Positions 1 through 10,237 are shown, counted from the first letter of the stretch. The stretch is 64,000 bases of DNA from Halorussus marinus (GCF_004765795.1 NZ_SBIV01000007.1:124001-188000), one strand, 5' to 3'. A program made the numbers and translations. Notes: a model not told the origin generated them from the letters alone.

Positions 1-30
1 CACTTTCGTGGAGACAACCGAATCAGAGGA

Positions 31-75
31 TCTTACCAAACAATAGCAATCTTCACACCTATTCGTTAGGTAAGA
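31..75. repeat. Inverted-repeat site copy 1 (TCTTACCAAAC-N23-GTTAGGTAAGA)
   Basis: Arms at 31-41 and 65-75; the same arms recur at 10191, 16974 and 18841. Confidence 0.85.
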
Positions 76-212
76 CATCGTCTCGAAACATCATATCACC
101 ACGTTCTCCCCGTTAGTCAGCCAAAAGACCGAAGTTAGGATTGCTAAACTCAAATGGGAAATGTGTTTCTAGCACCCAAACTACTATGTGGTCGTAGTGT
201 GCCAAACAAATT

Positions 213-863
213 ATGCGCCTCACGGAGGCTCGTGAAGGGAAAACCAGAACCCAGGTCCTTGCGGCCGTCGCAGACTTACAGCGGAGCGATGGCCCGCCGA
301 TCCAGAAGGACCTCGTTGAGAAGCTCCCGATGACGAAGGGTGCCGTCTCACAGAACTGCAGTCGACTCGTCGAGGAGTCACTACTGCAAGAACACGATGG
401 CCGGTATCGCGTCGATACAGGCCGTCTCCTCGATGATTATCGAGAGCACTTCGAGGAATACCTGCGACGCGCACCACAGAGTGAGCTCTACGAGCAGGAG
501 GTAGCAGATACCAACGAAACCCGCACGCGGACCAAGCGCTCGGCGACTGAGTACTTCGAAGCCGACCTCCTCGAAGACATCCTCCTCACGTCGCTCGTGA
601 GCTCGCTCGGAAAGAACAATATCCAGACCCTCCGGGAGGTGTTCCTGTACACGGACGATATGCTCTACCACGTCGCCTACCGTGCTGTGAGCGCGGAGAC
701 CGACGTGCCAGCAGAACTGAAGCCGATCCTCAGGCTGGCGGCGTGTCTGGACACCAGTCCTGACCTGGTAGAAGAACTCGCGAACAGACACGGTCTCCAC
801 GCCGAACTCGCTGGCCAGTCGCCGGCGACCGAGATCGCCAAACACGCCTACGGAGGAGCCTAA
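213..863 (+). CDS. Winged-helix (MarR-like) transcriptional regulator heading the type I R-M operon
   Basis: N-terminal HTH (IQKDLVEKLPMTKGAVSQNCSRLVEESLL); stop lies 2 nt before hsdM. Confidence 0.7.
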   Translation: MRLTEAREGKTRTQVLAAVADLQRSDGPPIQKDLVEKLPMTKGAVSQNCSRLVEESLLQEHDGRYRVDTGRLLDDYREHFEEYLRRAPQSELYEQEVADTNETRTRTKRSATEYFEADLLEDILLTSLVSSLGKNNIQTLREVFLYTDDMLYHVAYRAVSAETDVPAELKPILRLAACLDTSPDLVEELANRHGLHAELAGQSPATEIAKHAYGGA

Positions 864-865
864 CT

Positions 866-2371
866 ATGTCAAAGATCACCTCGTATACTGACTCGATCAC
901 GCTGGAAGAGCTCGAAAACCACCTGTTCGAATGTGCGGACATCATCCGCAACACCGTCGACAAGACCGACTACAAGGACTACATTCTCCCGATGGTCTTC
1001 TACAAGACGCTCAGCGACACGTACGAAGACCAGCGGGAGGACGTCCTCGAGGAGTTCGGCGACGAGGAAATCGCCGACGACCCGAGTTTCTACGACTTCC
1101 CGATTCCCGAAGGCTACCGGTGGGCCGAGCTCCTCGATACGAACAAGAACGTCGACGAGTTCCTGAACGAGGCGTTCGAGGCGATCGAACGGGAGAACCC
1201 GGAGCTGCAGGATGCGTTCCGGGCCGACTACGTGAGCGCCGACGCACTGGACGACGACCGCCTCAAGGACCTCGCCCACCATCTCGACACGTACAATCTG
1301 AGCGCCGAACGCGTCCCGCCGGACATGCTCGGCGAGGCGTATATGGACCTCGTGAAGCACTTCGCCAGCGAGGAGGGGAAGGAGGGCGGCGAGTTCTTCA
1401 CCCCGCCGAATATCGTGAACATGATGGTCCGGCTTCTCGCACCCTTCGAGCCGGGCGATTCGTTCCACGACCCGACCTGTGGCTCCGCCGGGATGCTTGT
1501 CGAGGCGGCCCGGAACTTCCGGGAGGAGCAAGACGGCGATCCTACGAAGCTCCGGCTCACGGGCCAGGAGATGAATCCCGACGTCGCCGCTATCGCGAAG
1601 ATGAACCTATTCATCCACCGGTACGAGGGCGAGGTCGCACGGGAGGACTCGCTTCGCAATCCGCAGTTCACGACCGGCGACGCCGACCTCGAGACCTTCG
1701 ACTACGTCCTCGCCAATTTCCCGTTCTCGGCTGATTGGGCGAAAGACCAGCTGCAAGAGGACAAGTTCGGGCGCTTCGACTGGGCCAATAAGCTCCCCCG
1801 TGCGGATCGTGGCGACTATTCCTTCATCATGCACATGGAGGAACAGCTCAACGAGACAGGGCAGGCGGCGATTGTTGTCCCGCACGGCGTGCTGTTCCGA
1901 AAGCACGAGCAGCGGTATCGAGAGCCGATGATCGACCGCGACATCGTTGAAGCGGTGATCGGCTTACCCGAGAACCTGTTCCAAAACAACTCGATTCCGT
2001 CGGCGATTCTAGTGCTCAATGAGAACAAGCCCGAAGAGCGAGAGGACGAAGTGCTCTTCGTTCACGCTGCGGACGAGGCTTTCTATCGGGAGCTCTCGAA
2101 TCAAAACGAGCTTACAAACGAGGGGCTGGACCACGTTGTCGAGAACTTCGACGCGTGGAAAACAGAAGAGCGGGTGAGCCGTGCTGTCCCGCATGAGGAA
2201 ATCCGTGAGAACGACTATAATCTCAACCTCGCGTTGTATGTCGACACAACCGAGCCCGAGGAAGAGATTGATATAAGTCAAGAAGTGGAAAAGTTACACG
2301 AATTACGTGCTGAACGGGATCGGATAGAGAGTCGTATGGATGAGCACGTGGAGGTGTTGGGATATGAGTGA
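866..2371 (+). CDS. hsdM: Type I R-M methyltransferase subunit M1
   Basis: GEFFTP, motif I DPTCGSAGML, motif IV ANFPF, PHGVLFR, C-terminal YNLNLALYV. Confidence 0.95.
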   Translation: MSKITSYTDSITLEELENHLFECADIIRNTVDKTDYKDYILPMVFYKTLSDTYEDQREDVLEEFGDEEIADDPSFYDFPIPEGYRWAELLDTNKNVDEFLNEAFEAIERENPELQDAFRADYVSADALDDDRLKDLAHHLDTYNLSAERVPPDMLGEAYMDLVKHFASEEGKEGGEFFTPPNIVNMMVRLLAPFEPGDSFHDPTCGSAGMLVEAARNFREEQDGDPTKLRLTGQEMNPDVAAIAKMNLFIHRYEGEVAREDSLRNPQFTTGDADLETFDYVLANFPFSADWAKDQLQEDKFGRFDWANKLPRADRGDYSFIMHMEEQLNETGQAAIVVPHGVLFRKHEQRYREPMIDRDIVEAVIGLPENLFQNNSIPSAILVLNENKPEEREDEVLFVHAADEAFYRELSNQNELTNEGLDHVVENFDAWKTEERVSRAVPHEEIRENDYNLNLALYVDTTEPEEEIDISQEVEKLHELRAERDRIESRMDEHVEVLGYE

Positions 2372-3638
2372 CGACGCAAGTCAACAGACAAGTCTGGACG
2401 AGATCGTGGGAGAGTACAATAGAGAGACAGAGGACGAAGCAGTAGATGCTGGTAAACTCCAAGAAATAGATGAATCTCCCGTAGAGGGATGGGAATTGTG
2501 TCGGTTGGGAGAAATATTTTCCTTAGAGTACGGGGAAAACCTCACAGAAGACGCACGGGACGGCGGTCAATATCCCGTTTACGGATCTAATGGACTGGTA
2601 GGTAGTCACTCGGAAGCTTATGTTGATTGTCCTGGAATAATTGTTGGGAGAAAGGGATCGATAGGAGAAGCCGAGTTTTCCGAAGGCCCATTCCACCCAA
2701 TCGATACGACATATTATATCAGCGAATATGAGACGGATGAAAATCTTCGATTTGTACATTATCTCCTTGAGAATATACAGTTAAGTAGGTTAAATGCAGC
2801 ATCAGCAATTCCAGGGCTAAATCGAAATGATGCTTATAGCCTGAAAGGCCTCCTTCCCCCTCTCCAAGAGCAACGTAAAATAGCGAGTGTGATCTATAAC
2901 GTTGATAAAGCGATACAGAAGACAGAAGAAATCATTCAACAAACAGAGCGATTACATACCGGGCTAAGGAGAGAGTTAGTGATAGCGGGGATTGATCATA
3001 CTGAATTTCAAGAGATGCGGGTAGGTCCATTCACCTTAGAAATCCCAGCAAGTTGGGATATTGTTTCTATTGATGAAGCTTGTAAAAACTTAGACAGAGA
3101 CAGAATACCCGTTAAACAAGCAAAAAGGGAAGAAATGCAAGGAGATATCCCTTATTACGGAGCATCAGGTATCATTGATTATGTTGATGACTACCTCTTT
3201 GATGATGATCTAATTCTCCTAGCTGAGGACGGCGAAAATCTACTCTCGCGAAATCTACCAATCTCCTTTAAGATATCTGGCAAAGCATGGGTGAATAACC
3301 ATGCTCACGTACTCAAACCGAGAGAAGGGTTTGATATTGATTATCTAGTGGAATATTTCGAACGATTGAATTATGAGCCGTTTGTGACTGGATCTGCCCA
3401 ACCCAAATTAACACAGACCAATATGGATATGTTGTCAGTACCCAAGCCTCCTGAAGAAGAGCAGACCGAGATCTCGTCAAAACTGACCTCCGTTTCTGAT
3501 CACAAGAATAGAAGTGAGCAATATAAACAACAACTACAGCGATTAAAAAAAGGTCTTATGCAAGACCTCCTCTCGGGCAAGGTTCGAACTCACAGCAAGG
3601 ACATCGAAGTACTCCCAGAGGTGGAAAAACATGATTAG
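2364..3638 (+). CDS. hsdS: Type I R-M specificity subunit
   Basis: Two TRD-like halves (YPVYGSNG / IPYYGASG) with conserved repeats LPPLQEQRKIA and KPPEEEQTEIS...LKKGLMQDLL; ATG at 2364 overlaps the hsdM stop; AT-richer than its neighbours. Confidence 0.92.
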   Translation: MSDDASQQTSLDEIVGEYNRETEDEAVDAGKLQEIDESPVEGWELCRLGEIFSLEYGENLTEDARDGGQYPVYGSNGLVGSHSEAYVDCPGIIVGRKGSIGEAEFSEGPFHPIDTTYYISEYETDENLRFVHYLLENIQLSRLNAASAIPGLNRNDAYSLKGLLPPLQEQRKIASVIYNVDKAIQKTEEIIQQTERLHTGLRRELVIAGIDHTEFQEMRVGPFTLEIPASWDIVSIDEACKNLDRDRIPVKQAKREEMQGDIPYYGASGIIDYVDDYLFDDDLILLAEDGENLLSRNLPISFKISGKAWVNNHAHVLKPREGFDIDYLVEYFERLNYEPFVTGSAQPKLTQTNMDMLSVPKPPEEEQTEISSKLTSVSDHKNRSEQYKQQLQRLKKGLMQDLLSGKVRTHSKDIEVLPEVEKHD

Positions 3639-5145
3639 ACATCGTATGCTAACCGATGGTGGTTCTAACGCTCTAGTCAATGCCTTTGAAGAATGTATAA
3701 ATGAGATGGAATCTGACGATGGAATAGATAAGACGGAATACAGAGAGTTCCTGCTTCCTCTCGTCTTCTATAAGACCGCCAACGATACATACCAAGACGA
3801 GTACGAGAACGCCGTCGCCGATTTTGGAGAAGAAATTGCAGGTGAGGATCCTGCTTTCTATCGGCTTCAGATACCGGATGGTCTTTTTTGGGAAGATCTA
3901 ATGTCTACTAATAAGCGGGTTGATGAGACCCTGAATGAAGCTCTTGAATCATTTGAGGAATTAAATTATGATCTCAAAATATCCTTTGAAGTTGATTATC
4001 TATCATTCGATATTAACGAATCGACGCTTAAGACTCTGCTCCAAGAGTTAGATACAATCAATCTGAGTGTCGAGAGTGCTGATTACCAAGCAGTCTCGGA
4101 GGCATACATGGGCCTAATACGGAGATTTGCGGAGGAAGAAAACAGGGACGCTGGGGAGTTCTACCAACCGGAGGAGGTGATAGAGATGGTTGTTCGGATG
4201 TTAGCCCCTTTCGAAGATGGTGACTCATTCTATGATCCAACTGCTGGCTCTGGGGACATGCTGGTCGGCGTTGCGAGCCATTATCGAAAGGAAGGCAGAG
4301 ATCCAAATAAACTGACGCTCGTCGGACAAGAATCGATTAAAGGACTGACAGAAGCTGCCAATCTCAATTTCTTTTTGAACGATCTTGAGGCAGAAATCGA
4401 GGCTGCAGATCCCCTAAATGATCCGATGCAAACGAGCGATGGATCACTGCGGGAGTTTGATTACGTCCTTACCAACTTCCCCTACTCCGAGGATTGGAAC
4501 AAATCCGGGTTGAAGGATGACGCCAGATTCGGGCACGTCGACAAAGATCCCCGCAAAAATCGCGCTGATTACGCCTACATCCTACATATGTACAGTAGTC
4601 TGAACGAGACAGGGCAATTAGCCACCTTGGCACCCCAAGGAGTCCTTTTCAGAGACAACGAGTCTCCGTTCCGGGAATTCCTGATCGACGAGGACCTTGT
4701 CGAGGCGGTTATCAATCTACCAAAGAAGCTGTTCGGTGAAGACACGGGGATTGCCCCTGCAATCTTGTTCCTCAATAAGGACAAGCCCGAAGAGCGCGAA
4801 GGGGAAGTGCTATTCCTCAACGCCGCACACGAGGACTTCTACCGAGAGCTCGATAACGAAAATCAGCTGACTCCGGAAGGCGTCGATAGAGCAGTTGAGA
4901 TATTTAACGAGCGGGTATCAAAAGAACGCAAGTCGAGAGTGGTCGAGGTTGAGGAGATAGAAGAGACGGACTATAATCTCAATCTCGCACTCTACGTCGA
5001 CACCACTGAACCCGAAGAGGATATAAATACGATAGTCGAGGCACAGGAGTTAGCCAAGCTCGAAACCGAACTCTCGGAGATACGTGACCGGATGAAACAC
5101 GATCTCCGAGAGCTGTATGGCGAGGGAGTAAACCAGTATGAGTGA
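3631..5145 (+). CDS. hsdM: Second type I R-M methyltransferase subunit M2
   Basis: GEFYQP, motif I DPTAGSGDML, motif IV TNFPY, PQGVLFR; collinear with M1; overlaps hsdS and hsdR. Confidence 0.92.
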   Translation: MIRHRMLTDGGSNALVNAFEECINEMESDDGIDKTEYREFLLPLVFYKTANDTYQDEYENAVADFGEEIAGEDPAFYRLQIPDGLFWEDLMSTNKRVDETLNEALESFEELNYDLKISFEVDYLSFDINESTLKTLLQELDTINLSVESADYQAVSEAYMGLIRRFAEEENRDAGEFYQPEEVIEMVVRMLAPFEDGDSFYDPTAGSGDMLVGVASHYRKEGRDPNKLTLVGQESIKGLTEAANLNFFLNDLEAEIEAADPLNDPMQTSDGSLREFDYVLTNFPYSEDWNKSGLKDDARFGHVDKDPRKNRADYAYILHMYSSLNETGQLATLAPQGVLFRDNESPFREFLIDEDLVEAVINLPKKLFGEDTGIAPAILFLNKDKPEEREGEVLFLNAAHEDFYRELDNENQLTPEGVDRAVEIFNERVSKERKSRVVEVEEIEETDYNLNLALYVDTTEPEEDINTIVEAQELAKLETELSEIRDRMKHDLRELYGEGVNQYE

Positions 5146-8107
5146 CACCAGTCCCGAACCTGTCGAAACGCCCAGCGAAACCGGCGTCGAGATCGATGTC
5201 CTCCAGTGGCTCGATGAGATGGGCTGGGAGACGTACGGGAAAGACGGCGGCTACGGCGCGACCGTCATAGACCAGCAGTATGACCGCGATCTCTCTGAGG
5301 TCGTCTACTGGGAGATCCTCAAAGAGCAGCTCATCGCGCTGAACGAGAAGTTGGACGAGCGGGAGGCCGACCGGTTTCTCAACTCGTTGCAGCGGGAACT
5401 TCGGACCGAGAACCTCGTCGCGGCCAACGAGAAGTTCACCCAGCTCCTCAGAAACGGAAAGAAGCACACCTACGACGACGGCGAGACCGAATACGTCACC
5501 CTCGTCGATTTCGAGGAGCTCGACGAAAATCGGTGGATAGCAGCCAACCAGTTCCGCGTTCATCGGGAGAAGGCGATCCGGCCCGACGTCGTCTGTTTCG
5601 TCAACGGCATCCCGCTCGTCGTCTGGGAACTCAAGTCGGCTACCCAGGGAAACACCTACCAAGATGCGATCACGGACCTCGTCTCGTATCAGGACGATGT
5701 GCCCCGGCTCTTCGTCCCGGTGCTGTTCAACGTCGCTGCCGACGACCTCGAGTTCAGGTATGGCTCCGTGAACGCGCCGGCGGAGCACTACTACCCCTGG
5801 CGCGATGACGACACGGACCTCGGCAACGACCTCAAAGAGGCGGTCGTCGCGCTCTTCCAGAAGCAGGTGCTGGCGGATCTCCTCGACAGGTACGTCTTCT
5901 ACGAGGAGGCGGCCGGCGGCGATCTCAAGATCGTGCCGCGATACATGCAGTACTACGCGACCGAGGCGATCCTCGACCGCGTCGAGGATCCGGACAATAA
6001 TAGCGGGCTCGTCTGGCACACCCAAGGGAGCGGAAAGTCGTATACGATGGTCTTCGCGGCCTGGAACCTGCTGGAGCGGAGCTTCCTCGACAATCCGCAG
6101 GTCCTGCTCGTCGTCGACACCGACAAGCTCAGGACCCAAATGGAGAACACTCTCTCCAACATCGAGTTCCCGCGGTTCGAGGTCGCGGAGAGTATGGATC
6201 ACCTGCAGGAGCTGCTCGAAGAGGGCAGCAGCAAGCTCGTGCTCACCACGATCCAGATGTTTGAGGACGTCGACGCCGAGGTCCAGACGAACGATGAAAC
6301 CGTCGTGTTCGTCGACGAGGCCCACCGGTATATGGAGAAAGACCTCGGGATAAGCCTCCAGGCGGCCATCCCCGACGCCCAGCACTTCGGCTTCACTGGT
6401 ACGCCCGTCCGAGAAGAGGAGAGAGACACCTTCGACAACTATTCGCCAGAAGGAGAGGAGACGCTTCACCAGTATTCGATCAAGGACGGGATCGACGACG
6501 GCGTCGTTCTCCCGGTGCATTTCGACGTGCGACAGCAGGAGTGGGAGATCGACGAATCCGCGCTCGACGAAGAGTTCGAACGCTCCTTCGCTGATCTCGA
6601 CGTCGAGGAGAAAAGCGAGATCATCCGCAAGCACGTCACGCGCTCCGAACTCGCAGAGCTACGGCCGCGCGTCGAGAACGTCGTACTCGATATCGTTGAC
6701 CACTACGAGGAGAAGGTCGAGCCCAACGGCTGGAAATCGATGGTCGTCACACCCACCCGTCGCGCGGCGGCGCTGTACGGCGAGGAACTCCAGAAACTCC
6801 GCGACCCCGAGGATATCGAGGTCCTCGTGACCTCGCAGGGTGACGACGAGAAGCTCATTCAGAAGTTCCACACGACGAAAGAGCAGCGGGAGTCGATCGT
6901 CCAGCGGTTCAAGAACCCGGACGAATACGAGGACGACCCGAAGATCCTCGTCGTCTGTGATATGCTCCTCACGGGCTTCGACGCCCCACTCCTGAAGACG
7001 ATGTATCTCGACCGGAATCTCAAGAATCACAATCTCCTCCAAGCGATCGCCCGCACCAATCGGCCCGCCGACGGCAAGGTGAACGGCGAGATCGTCGATT
7101 ACGCGGGCGTCTTTGCGAGCGGCAACATCGAGGACGCACTCGAGTACGACGCCGAAACGCGCAACCACGCAGCGAAGGACGTCGACGAACTCCTCGACGA
7201 CTTCGAGGACCTCCTCGCAGAGACGATGAATCTCTTCGAGGAGGTCGAGAAGGTCGACAGCCAGGAGGCAGTGAACAACGCCGTTGCGCTCGCGAACGAA
7301 CATAGGGCGGAATTCGAAGACAACTACGCCCGATTGCAGGACATGTACGAGTCGATCGCCCCCGACAAACGGCTGGAGACACGGGGACTGCGGGACCCGT
7401 ACCAGTGGCTCAACCGGATCCACCTTGCCTATCGGCGGAGTCAGCGCGACCCGGACCCCGAAGAGGACGTGCGGGAGAAGACGCTGGAGATCATCGAAGA
7501 GAACGTCGACGTCGGCGAAATCAAGAACAATACGCCGATCTACAAGATCAGCGAAGAGCACCTCGAGAAGGTCCAGGACCTGGAGCCGAAGGCGAAGGCC
7601 ACCGAGATCGCCCATGCCACGCAGGACCACCTGCAGGGCCGCCGAACCACGAACCCCCGGTACCAGCGCATCAGTCAGCGCGTTGAGCAGCTGGTGAACG
7701 ATTGGCGGTCGGGTGAGCTGGAGGCACCGGAAGTCGCAGAAGAACTCGAAGAGGCCGAGAAAGAGGCTCTCGCTGTTGGTGAGCAACGGGACGAACTCGA
7801 TATGTCCGAGACGGAGTATGCAGTCTACTCCGCTCTCACGGACAGCTACGATGTTGCGGATGATGAAGCCGCTGCGATTGCTGCGGACATCCTCGACGGC
7901 TTCGAGGAGATCGATACCGGCTTCGACGGCTGGCATATGAGTGACCGCGTCCGGAAGGAGATCCGTCAGACGGTGATTCGCACACTGGTGGGCGAGCACG
8001 ACCGGAAGGACCTCTACGACAAAGAAGGGCTAGTCAGAGAGATTGTCGAGTACCTGATCCGCAACGAACAGGCCGAGCCCGACGAGTCTGCACCAGCGGG
8101 AGGGTAA
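5138..8107 (+). CDS. hsdR: Type I restriction endonuclease subunit R
   Basis: Nuclease RPDVVCFVNGIPLVVWELK, Walker A HTQGSGKS, DEAH, FTGTP, QAIARTNR. Confidence 0.95.
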   Translation: MSDTSPEPVETPSETGVEIDVLQWLDEMGWETYGKDGGYGATVIDQQYDRDLSEVVYWEILKEQLIALNEKLDEREADRFLNSLQRELRTENLVAANEKFTQLLRNGKKHTYDDGETEYVTLVDFEELDENRWIAANQFRVHREKAIRPDVVCFVNGIPLVVWELKSATQGNTYQDAITDLVSYQDDVPRLFVPVLFNVAADDLEFRYGSVNAPAEHYYPWRDDDTDLGNDLKEAVVALFQKQVLADLLDRYVFYEEAAGGDLKIVPRYMQYYATEAILDRVEDPDNNSGLVWHTQGSGKSYTMVFAAWNLLERSFLDNPQVLLVVDTDKLRTQMENTLSNIEFPRFEVAESMDHLQELLEEGSSKLVLTTIQMFEDVDAEVQTNDETVVFVDEAHRYMEKDLGISLQAAIPDAQHFGFTGTPVREEERDTFDNYSPEGEETLHQYSIKDGIDDGVVLPVHFDVRQQEWEIDESALDEEFERSFADLDVEEKSEIIRKHVTRSELAELRPRVENVVLDIVDHYEEKVEPNGWKSMVVTPTRRAAALYGEELQKLRDPEDIEVLVTSQGDDEKLIQKFHTTKEQRESIVQRFKNPDEYEDDPKILVVCDMLLTGFDAPLLKTMYLDRNLKNHNLLQAIARTNRPADGKVNGEIVDYAGVFASGNIEDALEYDAETRNHAAKDVDELLDDFEDLLAETMNLFEEVEKVDSQEAVNNAVALANEHRAEFEDNYARLQDMYESIAPDKRLETRGLRDPYQWLNRIHLAYRRSQRDPDPEEDVREKTLEIIEENVDVGEIKNNTPIYKISEEHLEKVQDLEPKAKATEIAHATQDHLQGRRTTNPRYQRISQRVEQLVNDWRSGELEAPEVAEELEEAEKEALAVGEQRDELDMSETEYAVYSALTDSYDVADDEAAAIAADILDGFEEIDTGFDGWHMSDRVRKEIRQTVIRTLVGEHDRKDLYDKEGLVREIVEYLIRNEQAEPDESAPAGG

Positions 8108-8108
8108 C

Positions 8109-8840
8109 ATGGGTGTGGGCAATACGAGGGCCACAGCCGAAATCGAGATCGCCGGCGAACAGATTGAGTATCGGGTGGTCGAGAGCGCTGACGCGACCCA
8201 ACCCCGGATCGACGTCGACATTCACGAGGTCAAAGTGGTCATCCCGGAGGATGGCGCCGTCGACCCGCACGAATTCGTTCGCGAGAACACTGACTGGCTC
8301 GCTCGGAAATGGCGCAAGTACGACGAGTACCGTGAGCGAGCCCCGGACAGGAGGTTTGAACCCGGCGAGACGTTCCCGTACCAAGGTGACGACCACACTC
8401 TTCGCGTCCGGGACGTGGATGAACACGAAATCACCGACGGGGAGATCGTTCTGGCCAAATATGCCGTCGAGGAGTCATCCATCCAAGACGAGTTAGAGGC
8501 GCTCTTTCGAGAGCAGGCCCGGACGCTCTTCGAGGAAGTAGCAGCGGAGCACGCCGACGAAATGGGTGTTGAGTACGAGGGGCTCGCCGTACGGAACCAG
8601 CGAACGCGATGGGGGAGCTGCTCCCCAAAACAGAACCTGAGCTTCAATTGGCGACTCATTATGGCGCCGCCAGAGATCGCAGAGTACGTCGTCGTCCACG
8701 AACTCGCCCACCTACGGGAGCAGAATCACACCAACCGCTTCTGGCGTATCGTCCGCGAGCAGCTCCCGGATTACCGCGAACGGGCCAACTGGTTAGAAGA
8801 GCACAGCGTGGAGCTCATCTTTACCGAGGACGATCTGTAG
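8109..8840 (+). CDS. M48/SprT-like zinc metallopeptidase (YgjP/DUF45 family)
   Basis: RWGSCS and VVVHELAH motifs; usual position after hsdR. Confidence 0.88.
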   Translation: MGVGNTRATAEIEIAGEQIEYRVVESADATQPRIDVDIHEVKVVIPEDGAVDPHEFVRENTDWLARKWRKYDEYRERAPDRRFEPGETFPYQGDDHTLRVRDVDEHEITDGEIVLAKYAVEESSIQDELEALFREQARTLFEEVAAEHADEMGVEYEGLAVRNQRTRWGSCSPKQNLSFNWRLIMAPPEIAEYVVVHELAHLREQNHTNRFWRIVREQLPDYRERANWLEEHSVELIFTEDDL

Positions 8841-8842
8841 TC

Positions 8843-9418
8843 CTAGTGGCGCTGAAAGGTCACTTGTTGAGGCTCAATATCGGCGTGCGGCGCCGACTGA
8901 ATTGCGTTTTTCACTTCAGTCAGGTCACCGTTGAAGGGTTGCAACGTAGGAGGGACGCGAATAGGTTTGTCTCCTGGGTAATGGTCCTCGAAATCCTGAT
9001 GGTGGACGGGTTTACTCCATGGTTTTGGGACGACATCCCGGTAGTAGTAATGGACTTCATCGGTAAGCTGGATGGGGTTCGGATCGTACTCAGCCTCCCC
9101 ACTGACCGTAAACACGCCTACGACAACCTCCGTAGGTTTCGGGGCATAAACGATTACGTCATCGCCGATCTGGATGTTCTTGTCTTCATCCTCGTGTACT
9201 CCGAGGAATTTGAGCACCGGCATCCGATCATCTCCTGACGGGTTGTCTTCCCGCATCTCGCTGGCGCTGTATTTTCGAAAGTCCCGGTATCTGTCGTCTG
9301 ACAGGTCGCCAACCGACCATCCAATTGATATTTTGTTCTTGATGAGGTAATCTCGCATCAATTCACCATCCCGCCCCGCGTTGAGTATGAGTGCTACTGG
9401 CGTCTCAGCCATATCCAA
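8843..9418 (-). CDS. Stand-alone EVE/PUA-like domain protein resembling N-terminal domains of Mrr/McrB-type enzymes
   Basis: AGRDGE...ISIGW...GDLS, IQIGDDVIVY, VGVFTVSGEAEYD, YYRDVVP pattern; no nuclease motif seen. Confidence 0.5.
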   Translation of the reverse strand: MDMAETPVALILNAGRDGELMRDYLIKNKISIGWSVGDLSDDRYRDFRKYSASEMREDNPSGDDRMPVLKFLGVHEDEDKNIQIGDDVIVYAPKPTEVVVGVFTVSGEAEYDPNPIQLTDEVHYYYRDVVPKPWSKPVHHQDFEDHYPGDKPIRVPPTLQPFNGDLTEVKNAIQSAPHADIEPQQVTFQRH

Positions 9419-9559
9419 GCAGTGACAACCGTCCCCCTTGATATTATGTGATTATGTAGGCCCCGAAAATTGGCGCGTTTGCTATTCTGACTCACCACCA
9501 TATTTAAAATGGTGAATACTTCTACGGGAAAGTGAGAAACGATACTCAAGTACCGGATT

Positions 9560-10094
9560 TTAGCCGAGGTGCGCCCTGAGATGGTCGATTGCCTCTCGCG
9601 CCGTCGCTTCAGACATCGTTCCGCCGATGATGATCTTTCCGCTGGAGAATACAAGGAGCGTGACGTCAAGTTCTGGCGGTCGGTAAATCAGGGCAGGGAA
9701 CTGTTCCGGTTCGTATTCAGTTTGCTCGAGGCCGAGCTTGAGTACTAGCCGTTCCAAATCGAGGCTCCGATCTAACGTCTCCATGAAGACGGCCGTTCGT
9801 TGCTCAAAGGAGTAATCAGGAACCCCCAGCCCCAATCTCATCCAGCAGGTCAAGTAACCGACTCTGTGCTGCCTCAAGATCTGCTTCGGTCTTTGCCCCT
9901 CTGATTTGGATAGTGCCAGTCCGATAGAACTGATACGCAGCGCCATCCGGATCAAGCCGGACCGTAACCATTCCAGACCCGCTGAAATTTGCTGTGACAT
10001 CGTGGTCCACAGCCTCCTGTAGAGCGTCGACGAACACATCGAGATCCAGCTCGCGACCGAGCGAGCCCGAGCCCATCGTACTAACAATCTCCAT
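9560..10094 (-). pseudogene. tbp: Divergent TATA-binding protein (TBP-B), frameshifted near 9825-9835
   Basis: N-half in ORF 9816-10094 (ELDL...FYRTG); C-half in ORF 9560-10087 (YEPEQFPALIYR...LVFSSGK); frame changes in G-runs ATTGGGGCTGGGGG. Confidence 0.8.
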
Positions 10095-10190
10095 CAGTCA
10101 GGTTGTCACCTACTTCCCCCACCGACTGCTTATCTATTGTTGAATCGCGAGGTAGCCCCTGAAGACAGAAACGGCACAGCCGTGACTCTT

Positions 10191-10237
10191 TCTTACCTAA
10201 CATTAGTCGTTGTCCCGGATACAATTGTTTGGTAAGA
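10191..10237. repeat. Inverted-repeat site copy 2 (TCTTACCTAAC-N25-GTTTGGTAAGA)
   Basis: Arms at 10191-10201 and 10227-10237, between the two tbp genes. Confidence 0.85.

Noticed and set aside
4979..7999. Long antisense ORFs (551 aa, 446 aa) opposite hsdR, and similar ones at 10917-12053, 43823-45115, 45825-47216 and 50905-51864
   Set aside because: Shadow ORFs expected from GC-rich codon bias; they lie opposite well-supported genes and carry no motifs.
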